The notes beneath the pieces were generated by a model. The model was not told the origin of the DNA, did not search any database, and saw only the letters and a program-made list of their open reading frames with translations. Position numbers and translations under genes: made by a program. 64,000 bases of DNA from Octopus sinensis (lineage: Eukaryota): assembly GCF_006345805.1 (NCBI RefSeq), contig NC_042997.1:167028001-167092000 (forward strand), written 5' to 3'. Below are positions 50,171-63,805 of this stretch, in pieces. The stretch's first letter is position 1. Each line of letters starts with the position of its first letter.

Positions 50171-51217
50171 GATAGTATATATTCATTTGTAGTATGTAAC
50201 ACTTTGCGAACAAAACCGGTTACAGGTTTCCAATATCCCAGGAACACGCCAGGCATTAGTTCTTGAAGCATCCAACGGAGTGTGCCAAAAAAGGAAGTCT
50301 AACACAATACATGTAAAGTGCCAATAACAGACTTTTCGAAAAACACCTTTGTTTTTTGATTTCCTTAACCATGTTTACGCCTTTTGGTGATGTATAGTAT
50401 AAATGATTGTAATTTTGTCAGACAAAGATATGTGATCAGAACAGTAGATAAACAAATAACGTCCGCAGACTGTCGACCAGTCTGACCGCTGGATTTCTAT
50501 TGGGTAATAGCAAGTGATTATAACGTGCGATAACAAATTATGTATCCAGGCAGTTACCTGATTAGAACGTTCAACTATTGTAGAGCAAAAATAGAAACAT
50601 ATTTGAGTAAATAACATATCAAGACCTGAACTTGTGTCTTACGATCTACATATACAAGGTGATATCAGTTTGAAAGACAGCTCCAATTACACATTTAAAC
50701 TATGAAGGCATGCAACAATTAACTAAAAAGTTTTTCGCATACTTAAAAATTTTCAACATGTCTATTCACTGACAAAATTAGTTGCCATGATTCTTATTAC
50801 AGTTTCGAATTTCGATCATGTATTATTGTTATACAATTTGTGGAAGATTTGAACTTCCATCATTTCTTATTGGTGTTGGTCTTCTTGGAAATTTGGAGTT
50901 TCATCATGTAATTTTTTCTATGAAAACTTTTGAACATCTAACTGTTGAGCATGTTTTATCGCTGTTAAAATTTTCCCGTTCGTTCTCTTCATCTTTTTTT
51001 TTTTAAGAATAAAGCAATTATTGAAACTGATAAACTAATAGAAAATTAAACAAGCACAAACGTTCATTTAAGACGACTTTTAGCGTTTAGTGGGTAGGAT
51101 CTGATAATCTTTGTCTTGTATAATCTGGGGAATGCCTGCGGATGAAGATTACAATTATGAAAAGACCTTGAATGTAGTTTTCAAACTACACCCTCAGCAG
51201 TATATATATATATGTAC

Positions 51218-51278
<61 letters not shown>

Positions 51279-52546
51279 CGAGGAGCGTTCAATAAGTAAT
51301 GCCCCTGACCCACTTCCCATAGCAGTAGAGCAACGACACTTGGCACAGTTATTAGTCTTTTCCTACATAGGAACTACTCAGAGTTATGCATTTCTCCCAT
51401 CGTATGATACAGCTCTGGAGACCGTTTTTGTAGAAGACCCCAGCTTGGTCCTCCAACCACGACGTGACTTCAGAAATCAAGGCTGCATCATCTGGGAAAC
51501 GCTTTCCTTTCAAAATCAATTTCATGGCTGGGAAGAGGTGAAAATCAGAGGGTGCAAGGGGAGGAGTTCATAGCTGCACGCCTGTGCTTCTGATCTGGCG
51601 ACACGCGAGTTGTGGACGGGAGCGTTGTCCTGCAGGAGGAGGATGCCTTTGCTGATCTTGCCCCGCCTCTTGATTTTGATAGCTTCTCTTAATTTCCTCA
51701 AAAGTGAAGCATAATAGGCTCCTGTAATGTGGTACCCTTTGCCAGGAAATCTGTCATCACTACTCCGTTCTGGTCCCAGAAGACTGTGAGCATAACCTTG
51801 TCAGCGGAGGGCTGCACCCTTGCCTTCTTTGGGAGGAGTGAGTCACGGTGCTTTCACTGCATTGACTGGGCTTTGGTCTATGGATCATAGTGATGGACCC
51901 AGGTTTTATCCTGTGTGATCAGTCTTTTGAAAAATTTTGACTCATCTTCTTGGCACATCTCCAAATTCATCCTCGAGCACTCAACGCGTTCTTGCTTCTG
52001 GAAAGGTGTGAGCAACCTGGAAATCCATCTGGCAGACACCTTTTGCATATGCAAATGGTCATGAATGATAGTTTCCACAGACCCGGTACTAATGTTGACC
52101 TTATGGGTTATTTGGCGAATAGTTATGCGTTGACCTTCCAAAATGGCAGCCTCAACTTGACGGACAGACGTCTCATCAACGGCAGAAGGGGGCGACCAGA
52201 TCTGGGAGCTGTTTCCACAGAGTTCCGACTATGTTTGAATTCACAATGCCAGCGTTTTACAAGGTCATATGATGGGGCATCATCACCATAAGTTACTTTC
52301 ATTTCATCAAAAGTCTCCCGTGGTGTGCGTCCTTTCAAATACAAAAACCAGATCACTGCTCGACACTCAACAGGCTCCATTTCACACTTGACTCAGTTCA
52401 AACACCTGTAAATCAGAAACCACAATTAGTTCAGAGCTGTAATTCGCCACCTAATCTATAGAGGTATAAATAAGTGCACATGCAAAGTTTCAGCTAGATC
52501 AAACAACTGCAAGGGGGTCAGGGGCATTACTTATTGAACGCCCCTC

Positions 52547-52547
<1 letters not shown>
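51279..52547 (-). mobile_element. Near full-length mariner (irritans/Hsmar2-like), frameshifted transposase
   Basis: TIRs CGAGGAGCGTTCAATAAGTAATGCCCCTGACCC / GGGTCAGGGGCATTACTTATTGAACGCCCCTCG, TA flanks; ORFs 52123-52380 and 51878-52141 (ARWI, ITQDKTWVHHYDP), QDNARP. Confidence 0.92.
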
Positions 52548-52616
<69 letters not shown>

Positions 52617-52628
52617 TATATTATATAT

Positions 52629-52669
<41 letters not shown>

Positions 52670-52685
52670 TGTATGTATATATATA

Positions 52686-53112
52686 AGATCAGTAAAATTA
52701 GATTCAGATGAATATGGTACTTAAGTTAAAGGCACCAGAATTTTGTATGATATTATCCATATAAATCAAATGGGGTGATTATAGTCAAAATAATCCACAA
52801 GAATATCCAAGGTAATGTAGTACAATTGTTTCATGCTACTTCATTTTATTAAACACTGTATTACATCAGTTTTATAATGTCGAGCAATCTGCAGTCACAT
52901 ATAGAATTTTTCAATTAAACGGACAATACACATTCTTATACTTATTTCATTTGCCAATATTACAAAGAGGGTAGATATATATCTACCAATTTGTGACTGA
53001 ATTTTGCTCGACATTTTAAAACTGATGTAATACTTACAGTGTTTAATAAAGTGAAGTATCACAAAACAATTGTACTACACTACCTTGGATATCTTTGTTG
53101 CTTATTTTGATT
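52686..53112. mobile_element. Family D HHR element with inverted copy (decayed cores)
   Basis: Homologous to 47468; the inversion is centred on GGTAGATATATATCTACC (about 52970-52987). Confidence 0.65.
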
Positions 53113-53985
53113 ATATATATATATGCATACATACATACATACATACATACATACATACATACATACATACACATACATACATACATACATATTTGTATGA
53201 GTGTGTGTGTGTGCGCGCGTGCATGCACATGAGTGTATTTTTATGCGTATACCTGTTTCTGTATACATAAGTGTGTATGTATATATATATATATAGATAT
53301 AGATATATATATAGATATATGTGTGTGTGTGTGTGTGTGTGGTAGATTTCATTGGCCATAAATGTGGTTTACTCCCTACAGTCTAAGTTATCCTCTCCTT
53401 GAGATAGATCCAATCTTTTGTCGATGATGCTTATTGAACACCTATTGAGCAAAACCACCTCTCAGCAGCTGTACTCTCAACCTCAGACATTGTGACTATA
53501 TTTTCCTCGATGGCCAATCCACTATGGAAAACTCTTGATTTTTGAGAATATCGCTGCTTCGTATTTGGAATTAGTCGCAATTGCCACCAAGCGACTGTCT
53601 TATTCTCTTTGGTAGTGAAAATATTTTCAATAAATGAATATAGCATTCAACGTATTTTTATTCTATTCTTTGCTCGTCACATACATGACATCTTTTACTT
53701 TGAGTTATTTCTCTTACTTCAGTAACACACACACATACACACGAACACACACACACACACACACATATTAACACGCGCACACACCAGCATACACACAGAC
53801 ATAAGATATGCAATATATATATATATATTTATATAGGTGAGAAAGTTGGAGTGTGAATATATAGAAAATAGTAAAAAGTGAAAAAACTACAGAAGGCTTG
53901 TTTTAAAAGGTTAAAAAATATATATTTGAGTCATTATGTCAGAAGAATGTTATAAATTTTTTCATACAGTGACATAATTTTTGAA

Positions 53986-54020
53986 GAAATTACCGGTTTC
54001 GTTTTAACTTGTCAAATTTC
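53986..54020 (-). ncRNA. Minimal hammerhead, U3-A8 variant
   Basis: Minus strand: GAAAT-TTGACAA-GTTAAAAC-GAAA-CCGG-TA-ATTTC. Confidence 0.7.
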
Positions 54021-54916
54021 TCAAAACATCGTATTATGATTTCGTTATGAAGTGTAACGAAGAGTTCCAGGTAAGGGGAGGTAATAAGTGATTTCTTCCG
54101 GTGTAGGGAGATATCGCTTTATATTTCTGGCCTTTTTAACCTTGGGTGAGGTAATTGGAGGGGAGAGTTTCTGCTGTTAAGTTGTGGTTAGAAGCAATGA
54201 TAGGGGCAGAATGTTTTCTTGTTAAATATTTGTGTTAGTTGTGTAGTGTTCCAATAGCACATTGAGAATGGAAAGATTAAAAATTGTGGTAGTAGTTGCT
54301 TTGCGCATTTAATATGTTCACTAAAGGGTATCATTCTGTATTCTGGGATGCAATCTGTTGTCGATGCAGTGTGCATCTACGTCTCAGTGATAGTCCCGTG
54401 GATCCCACGTAGTTTTGGTGGCAGCCCGAGCATCTTATGACATAAATTATGTTTTCAGAAGCACAAGTAATCTGAAAACATAATTTATGTCATAAGATGA
54501 TGCTCGGGCTGCCACCAAAACTACGTGGGATCCACGGGACTATCACTCAGACGTAGATGCACACTGCATCGATAACAGATTGCATTCCCAGAATACAGAA
54601 TGATACCCTTTAGTGAACATATTGAGAAATGCGCAAAGCAACTACTACCGCAATTTTTAATCTTTCCATTTTATCAATGTGCTATTGGAACACCAACACA
54701 AATTAGACTAAACAAGGAAACATTCTTCATTGGAAAATATAAGCCCAAACGTAACCACTCTAACATCCTTATACAGAGAAACTCACCCCATTAAGTAAAA
54801 AAAGGCCAGAAATATAAAGCGATTATCTCCCTTACACCGAAGAAATCACTTATCACCTCCCCTTACCTGGAAGTCTTCTTTACACTCCATAACGAAATCA
54901 TAACACGATGTTTTGA

Positions 54917-54951
54917 GAAATTTGACAAGTTAAAACGAAACCGGTAATTTC
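54917..54951 (+). ncRNA. Minimal hammerhead, U3-A8 variant
   Basis: GAAAT-TTGACAA-GTTAAAAC-GAAA-CCGG-TA-ATTTC. Confidence 0.7.
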
Positions 54952-55078
54952 TTCAAAAACTATGTCACTCTATGAAAAAATTTATAACATTCTTCTGACA
55001 TAATGACTCAAATATATATTTTTTAACCTTTTAAAACAAGCCTTCTGTAGTTTTTTCACTTTTTACTATTTTCTATAT

Positions 55079-55112
<34 letters not shown>

Positions 55113-55358
55113 CTTTTGGTCGTCGAGCATCCACAACTCAGAATAAAATGTTCACTCGTATATTTGTCAACAGAGTAGGTATATTAATCAAAGTATAGAG
55201 TATCATAGATTCCAGTCGATCTTAACATTAGATTTTGACTGGATATTATATAATTAGGTATTAGATTGCAGCATAGTTAAGTAATACCACGCGGTCTTGT
55301 GAGAAACAGATTAGTAGATCGGTCGAAATGGATCTTTAATACAGTAAAGTTTGTTTAA

Positions 55359-55442
<84 letters not shown>

Positions 55443-55444
55443 TA

Positions 55445-56430
55445 GGTGAGAGAGTTGGTATGTGAAAGCACATTGTTGGATTTATAAAAAACGAAGCTTG
55501 CGTTATATGGTTAAATAATATATTTAAGTCGTTATGTTAGAAAATGTTATAAAATTTTGTGTATAGTAACATAGTCTTTTGAAATATAGCCGGTTTCGTA
55601 ATTTCTTTTCAAATATCTCAAATTTCTTTACGTACATCGTGTCATGTTTTTTCTATGTTGGGAAATATGGAGTTCCAGACAGGGGAAGGTAATCAGGGAT
55701 TTTTTTCTGGTATAAGCGAGATAATCAAACATGTTGGGAACGACTAATTAAGCATGATTTAGTTTAGAAAGAATAGATTGTGGTTAGGTTTTGCTTTATA
55801 TTTTTTCAATGAGGTGAGTTTCCTTATTTAAAAATGTTAGAAATGGTTAAGTTTTGGATTATATTTTTCAATGAAGAATGTTTCCTTGTTTAATCTAACT
55901 TGTGTTGGTGTTTCAATAGCACATGGATAGAATGGAAAGATTATAAGTTGTGGTAGTAGTTGTTTTGCGCATTTCTCAATATGTTCACTAAAGGGTATCA
56001 TTCTGTATTCTGGGAATGCAATCTGTTGTCGATGCAGAGTGCATCTGCGTCTGAGCGATAATCCCGTGGACCCTATGTAGTTTGGGCGGCAGCCCGAGCA
56101 TCTTATGACATAAATTAGGTTTTCTGAAGCACAAGTAAAATTAGATTCGATTTTGAATTTTTGTCCCTCATTGAAGAGGAATTCTGATCTTTCTAGGTTT
56201 GGGCATGTTGCGCAATTTGGTCTACCACATTTCTTCTACTTGTGCATCCGTTATTTCAGAAAATAAAATTGCCTTTGTGAGGACCTTTTTTAGTTATTTC
56301 GGTTGTTTGTAGTTTTTAATGATTTTATGTATGTTTAAAATTTCCTTTAATTTGGGGTCTTTATGTTGCATTGGTAAATTCTGGGTGATGATGTTGAAGG
56401 CTTCTTTGTTTCTGGGGTTTCTTCGGTTTG
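55445..56430 (-). mobile_element. Neptune-like PLE 3' fragment (Cys-rich linker, GIY-YIG, pLTR)
   Basis: NPRNKEAFNII...KCGRPNCATCP...NFTCASENLIYVIRCSGC..YIGSTG; decayed U3-A8 HHR at about 55581-55617. Confidence 0.85.
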
Positions 56431-57009
56431 ATCAAACCTTGTCACAAACAAGAGGTAAGTCAGAACAGTGTAGTATTCTATCAGTAGAGATGTTTCTACT
56501 TCAGGCAGTTGGACTTAAAATTGACACCTAAGTTAATTCCACCATCCGGGCCTTGAGTGCAAAGACAAGAGGACATTTGTTCCATTGAAGATAACTTCTA
56601 GTCTATCCTCTGCTAGTCACACACACCTTGTACAAGGTCATAGGATCCTCTATTCCACCTAAGCCTTACTGAAAAAAAGAAGACATTTCAGTGATCCAAA
56701 TCCTTTGGTGCATATAAGCCAAAGTATTTTTCGTGTCTCAAAAAGATTAATAGGGATCTGAGTTGTATTTAGCTGCTGTTCGTAGCAAATCAAACATCCG
56801 CATATTCGCCTTCCTCGTTGGTTTCGTCGCTGTCACTGTTGTCGAGGTTAAGCGCCAGTTGTAAGAGTAGTGGAACGAACAAAACAACTAAGATATTTAA
56901 ACTATCACCAGATTTCCTCTTTAAACTGAATTTTGTTTGTTATTTTAAGAAAATGAATGAAGCGAAGAAACTAAAAGAAACAGACAACAAAAATTAAACA
57001 CACACACAC

Positions 57010-57056
<47 letters not shown>

Positions 57057-57647
57057 TATATATATATATACATACATACATAAACACATATACATAGACA
57101 TATATCCACAGGAAACAAACATACAACCTTGAAAATATAAAAGAAACTAACAAGTAAACAAAACTTACTAACTATAACAGCACCACTAACAACAGAAACA
57201 GCAACAACAAGAACAATAACAACAACAAATAAAATAAACAACGAGAAGAACAACACTAATAAGGAAGACAAGCAGGAGACTGAAACAAGAAAGCAACGAC
57301 GTTAAATCGACAATTTCTGTAGTTCCTGTGGAATAGATTAGATGCAGAGTTGAACGTTTGGACCGTGTCCTAAATCGGCATTCAAGTATGTTTTTCTCTT
57401 TCAACAGAGAGGACGGCCATCTTGTATTATATTTTGCATCTCTTATTCTCATTCATGTCGTTCAAAAATGATGATGTTGTTCACGTCGTCGTCGTCGTCG
57501 TCGTTGTAGAAGATAATATTGTTGTTTTTTGTTGTAGTAGTTCACGGTGTTGTTATTCATGTAGATTCTTAAAAATTTTCTTGACTTTTGTTTGTCATTT
57601 ATTTTTCATTATATTCTGTAAATATACTGCAAACATACATATATGCT

Positions 57648-57686
<39 letters not shown>

Positions 57687-57972
57687 ATTATATATATGTA
57701 TGTAGTATGTATATATATAGAGAGAGAGAAAGAGGGGGATAGAGATGTATATACAGAGAGATAGGGGAGAGAGACCAGCGCACAAATATGTGTATATGCA
57801 TGTATAGTATATATAATAATTTTGTATATATGTGTATATACATGTACGTGTGTGTGTGTAGGTATTATATATATATATATAATATATATATATGCGCATA
57901 TGGGTGCGTGCCCGTGTATGTATGTAAATGTATATAATATATATCTATATATATATATATAATATATATATC

Positions 57973-58027
<55 letters not shown>

Positions 58028-58645
58028 ATGTATATGTATGTATATGTTTTTTTTCATAAATACATACAGCCACCCACGCACACACTATAATGTAATAAAT
58101 GCATGTGGGTGGAAGTATCTGGATCCAAGTGTGTGAGTGCATGCATATTTCTGTTTGATGCTTTTTTTTTTTTTTTTTGCTTTGGCGTATCTTTGTTTGT
58201 GTTTCATTGGCTTTAATGCGTTTGTAAGAATTTTCGCGCGCGCGAAAATTTGTATATGTTTTTGTGTGAGTGCACGTGTTTGCGTATGTGTGAGTGAGTG
58301 TGTGTGTGTCAGTGTGTGTCAGTGTGTGTTTGTGATTTCTCTTCATCTAAATGTTTACATGTAGTTACATGCCTTTTCACTTTCTTTTCTCCTCTCATTT
58401 CTCATCAGCATAAGTATGATCACTATCAACATCATTGTTAGGAATTCTTTCTTTTCTTACTTTTCTTCTTCTTCTTCTTCATTCTTCTTCTTCTTTCTTT
58501 ATTCTTCTTCTTCTCTTCTTCTTCTCTGGGCTTCTTATTTATTTTCCTCTTCTCTTATCTTCTTCTTCTTCTTCTTCTTCTTCTTCCTCCTCCCCCGCCT
58601 CCACAACTGATACAACTACTACTACAACTACTGCTGCTGACATAG

Positions 58646-58695
<50 letters not shown>

Positions 58696-58890
58696 TATTA
58701 TTATTACTACTACAATAATAATCATAGTATTATCATTCTTATTATATAATAGCTATTTTACTACGTCCATATATCTAAATGAATGTGTGTGTGTATATGC
58801 ATATATATATATATATATCATATGCTGTATACCTTTATATCTAAATATATGTGTACTCACACACACAAACACACACCACATACATACATG

Positions 58891-58938
<48 letters not shown>

Positions 58939-59357
58939 GCATATATATACTTATACATATATGTCTGTGCATGTGTGAGTGATTGCCCGTATGTGTGCTC
59001 CTGTGTGTATGAAACTATATTTACGTGACAAACCTTTTACCAAACTTCAACATGGTGAAATGGCATAAGGGTTATCTGAGTTACAAAGATTGTTTGCAAA
59101 TTCTTATACCATTCTCTGTTTTTCTGGTTAACTTTTAATTTGACTTTACCAAGTATGTGTTGGCGTGGGAACACATTCACTGATTCTGTTATTTTTTTTT
59201 ATCCTGCAGCATATCCTTTCACATAACAAAGGCTAAAAAACAATAGCTGTTCCTTAATTTATACATATATAAACATATGCATTCACAAACAGTTTTTCGT
59301 ACACACACCACCACACACACACACATACACACACAGATATATATACATATATATATG

Positions 59358-59426
<69 letters not shown>

Positions 59427-59676
59427 GCGTATGTATACATGTGTGTGTACGTATATATTTATCTATACATACAAGGATTTATATAAATATGTACATATAT
59501 ACAGTGTCTTGACAACAAAATGTAATTTGAGGGTTTACTTGACAAACGCTATGTTTCCTAGATTACAATTGGTACTACTACATACCCACATGTATGTATA
59601 TGCGCATATGCATACATATATGAATACATATATATGTACATATATATATACATATACATGCATAGGAGATACATGG

Positions 59677-59791
<115 letters not shown>

Positions 59792-59953
59792 GTGATTTTG
59801 GAGAGATATGTTATCTAGGCGGACACCGTATTAGCTCTCAATTAAGTTCCAGTTAACGTCTAACCACAACGGTCTGGATTTAACGTGTGTAACTACACTT
59901 TGTTGTTCGTCACCCCGTGAATGCTTCACATGGGTAGCTCTGTGTATTCTTTC

Positions 59954-59995
<42 letters not shown>

Positions 59996-60039
59996 TAATA
60001 ATAATAATAATGATTAATATATATACATACATATATATA

Positions 60040-60280
60040 TGATCTTTGACTTCTGGCCGGAATCAGATCGCCATGTTGATTCGCTAGCTTCTGCACGCGT
60101 TTTTTTTCTCTCCTTGTTTCTCTCCGTGTTTCTTTTCTGTGTATCTTTCTGTTGAAGAGCGTAGGCTCGAAACGTAAAAGACTTGTTTTATTTATATTCT
60201 TGAGCGCCATACTAATACAATTGTTTGCTGGTATTCCACCTGCCTTCGTCTTTTGTTTATTTTCATAAAGCTTCCCGTTA
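60040..60280 (+). mobile_element. Short HHR-bearing insert, family A copy 3
   Basis: Homologous to 15958 and 35833; TA flanks. Confidence 0.78.
60144..60181 (+). ncRNA. Minimal hammerhead with CUGUUGA (A6U) core
   Basis: TCTTT-CTGTTGA-A-GAGC.GTAG.GCTC-GAAA-CG-TA-AAAGA; 5-bp stem I; palindromic ACGT stem III. Confidence 0.65.
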
Positions 60281-60294
60281 TATATATATATATC

Positions 60295-60356
<62 letters not shown>

Positions 60357-60413
60357 GATACACACACCCACACTAAATAAATATACGTATATATGTGAGT
60401 GTGTATGTATATG

Positions 60414-60483
<70 letters not shown>

Positions 60484-61246
60484 TTGAAAGTTGCCAGTCA
60501 GTAAACGGGTGACTGTTTTCCGACCATTTACTGATCGTTCGGTAGAATTTTACTATTTCACACGTCTCACGTGATGTTTATTTTTAAGCATATACAGACA
60601 CACGCACATGCACACACTCACACTAACACACACATATATATTAATTTATACATACATGCATATATGTATATGTACATTGTTTTTCTTCCAGCAGTGGCAC
60701 CAACAATTCCTCAACAAAACAATCAGCTGTTTCAATAACCCAAAATATGCCAAATTCTATTAACTATACCTTTTGTGTAAAATTGTATATGTAATGCCCA
60801 CAACAAGCTAGATTATACCCGTTGCACACTCATCTAGGAATCTTCAGCCTTATAAGATTTTTCTTTTGAGCCCAGTGGTCTTAATTTAAGTAAAATAACA
60901 CAGTTGTTACAAGAATGACGCGCTTTGGCTCGTTTTCAAGATATATTGCGCAATCTGTCAAGTTTTGGAGAGTAAAGCAGGCACGATACGTTGGCACCTG
61001 CATTCATTGGTGATCCTTGGTAAACACAGGAACGTCATATCCTCCAAAGTGGTTGTGAACATGATATCGAGGTTAGTCGTCCATAATACATCCGGTCAGA
61101 TTTCAGAGATTGTCACATTACATAGTCATTCGACGTTCAGGTTCAGATTGTGTTGTGAATGTTCATAGAGATGTCAGTGTTCATGTGCTGCATGAATCCC
61201 GGCCGGGCACGTCCTGATATGGTGCCAAGCTGTATCAGCCTTTGCA

Positions 61247-61400
61247 TTTCCCTTGGATAAGATCGGTGGCGTGTAGAGGGCAGGCTGGTATGCATGGGCG
61301 ACTGCTAGTCTTCCATAAGCAACCTTGCCTGGACCTGTGCCTCGGAGAGTAACTTTCCAGTTGCAACCCCATGGTCATTCATGACCTAAGAGATCTTTAC
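61247..61400 (+). mobile_element. SINE/RTE-tail repeat; inverted partner at 63194-63342
   Basis: CCTTGGATAAGATCG...GGGCGACTGCTAGTCTTCCATAA...GGTCATTCATGACCTAAGAG present in both orientations. Confidence 0.75.
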
Positions 61401-62082
61401 CCTTTAACAGAACTTACTAAGTAATAGTAATTACTTTGTGATTTCTGACGAAACACTACGTACATGCTTTTACATATTCCATAAACAACCTTACCTGGAC
61501 TTGTGCCTCGGAGACTGAACCCGAAAACATGTGGTTACAAAACAAACTTCTTCACTACAAAACTATGCTTGCGTCGTATATGCGCAAACACAGATAAAAT
61601 CTATTTTCAAATAGTTTCTCAAAGTATTTAAAATTTCAAACTACAAATCACTAAGAAGTACTCACTCACAGTACTAACACACCATCGACTTAGGGGAATA
61701 GGCATCACTTGGAGAGCGAATAAGTTCGGCAGAATTCTTCAATATGCAAATCGAAGAGAGTCAATTACAATATCAATCGTTGAGGTACTTTCGTGTATGG
61801 ATAATAATTTAACTCTTATGAACAAATATTTAGCAAGATCGCGTGTAAACACGAGATACCAAAATTTGGAAAATATTGCCAAAGAAAGATATTCGTAACT
61901 GGGTATACCTAATTTTGTATTAATCCAAACAAACTGAATAATATTATTGGTATTGATAACATATTTCCGTTTGATTTCATACGCCAACTAAAATCACTAA
62001 TTTAATCTAATGTATATTACAAAGATTACATTTACAGTATTGAAAAGCTAATCATTTGCATGATCATGTAAATTGCTGAGAT

Positions 62083-62144
<62 letters not shown>

Positions 62145-62244
62145 TCTCTGGCACTCTCTTTGACTCACACACTCTCTCTCTCTCTCTCTCCCTATCTCTC
62201 TCTCACCCTCTCTCATCTCACTCTCTGGCACTCTCTTTGACTCA

Positions 62245-62297
<53 letters not shown>

Positions 62298-62336
62298 TAT
62301 CTATATATATATATATATATCTATATATATATATTA

Positions 62337-62367
<31 letters not shown>

Positions 62368-62705
62368 ATATAGCGATCGTGAGTGCAATACTCTAACTAC
62401 TGGGCTTCGATATTACAGGTTATTAAAAGGAGAATGGGGAGAGGAATAATTGTGTTGAAACAGACTGGCTAAAAATTCTAAATCTAAAAGAAATTAAAAA
62501 ATAAAATTTGCCAAGGAATCGAAAGTAAATCCAAAAATTACTGAGTATTTGTTTTTAAGTTGATATAATTAAACTTATAACGCTGAATATATGCAATGGA
62601 TTTTAGAAATTTTCCAGTGTTAATAACTAAAGAGGATAAAATAAAGGAAGCATTTTCTTTCTTTAAGGTGTAATGTTAGGTCAATACGTCAGGTAAGGTT
62701 AGTTG

Positions 62706-62742
62706 TGACGTCATCAGAGGGTATGCTGAGGTCATATATAAA
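62706..62742 (+). promoter_or_regulatory. Candidate CRE plus TATA promoter
   Basis: TGACGTCA 62706-13, TGAGGTCA 62727-34, TATATAAA 62735-42, extra half-CREs at 62687 and 62748, in non-repetitive DNA. Confidence 0.4.
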
Positions 62743-62854
62743 TATACTGACGTTTCTGAAGCTTACGTCTTGCAGTTCAGCATTATCTCTAATTGTTATA
62801 CATATTCAATTTTTATTCATCATTTTTTCAAACTTTTACAAACAAAAATCTATA

Positions 62855-63040
62855 ATGCAGGATAAATTGTACAATCGAGGCACTGAGAGAAATGTTGTGG
62901 GTCAAGCCCAGCCTGTAAATGTAAAGTCTCAGTTTCGTCAAAGAGCAAAGTCATTTTGTGCTAACAATGAAATTCTTCCATGGCGACAACAAGCCTCTTC
63001 ACAAAATCCATATACCCAACTTTCTGGAAGATTGTCATGA
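62855..63040 (+). CDS. Candidate 61-aa small ORF of unknown function
   Basis: ATG about 115 nt after the TATA; MQDKLYNRGTERNVVGQAQPVNVKSQFRQRAKSF...GRLS; no homology recognised. Confidence 0.25.
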   Translation: MQDKLYNRGTERNVVGQAQPVNVKSQFRQRAKSFCANNEILPWRQQASSQNPYTQLSGRLS

Positions 63041-63724
63041 TAATCCAGTATTTTGGCTGATATAACTTTCCGATAATATTTCAGAGAAGGCATGAAGTTC
63101 AATGTTAAAGAATATGTAAAGGCATATACGTAGTGTTTCGTCACAAATCACAAAGGGATTACTGTTACTTAGTAAGCTCTGTTAAAGAGTTAAGACCTCT
63201 TAGGTCATGAATGACCACGGGGTTGCACCTGGAAAGTTACTCTCCGAGGCACAAATCCAGGCCATGTTGTTTATGGAAGACTAGCAGTCGCCCATGCATA
63301 CCAGCCTGCCCTCTACACGCCATCGATCTTATCCAAGGGAAAGTAACTTGCACTATGGCCCAGGGACTTGAAACCTCCAGTGATTTGCAAGTGTGTTTGG
63401 TATAGAGAAATTGTGTGGAGAATTGTTATGTGTATATATATATATATATTTACATAAACATATACATCTATTCTTTTGTCCTATCATTCTTTTGTCCTAT
63501 AACAGCACTTTGAAGTGTTTCCTTGCTTAAATGGTTCCAGTGATTACTTTGATTCTGGTAATTAGTGTATTGCCTCCTTTTGCCGACCCGCATGGTTACA
63601 GGGACATAAGCAGACCAACACCAGCTGTCGAATAGTGAGAGATCAACATAAACATGCATTCACAGACTTACACTTATACATGTATGTATGTAAGTATTTC
63701 TGTGTATAAATGTATGTACGTGTG

Positions 63725-63760
<36 letters not shown>

Positions 63761-63770
63761 TTTATATGTA

Positions 63771-63805
<35 letters not shown>

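Larger units (their letters stand above)
53836..55078. mobile_element. Palindromic pair of Neptune-like PLE 3' fragments (GIY-YIG plus pLTR)
   Basis: Arms 53858-54458 and 54472-55078 are inverted; they encode ENIIYVIRCSGCHQNYVGSTG..RRRCTLHR...KETFFI; each arm has a minimal HHR. Confidence 0.88.
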
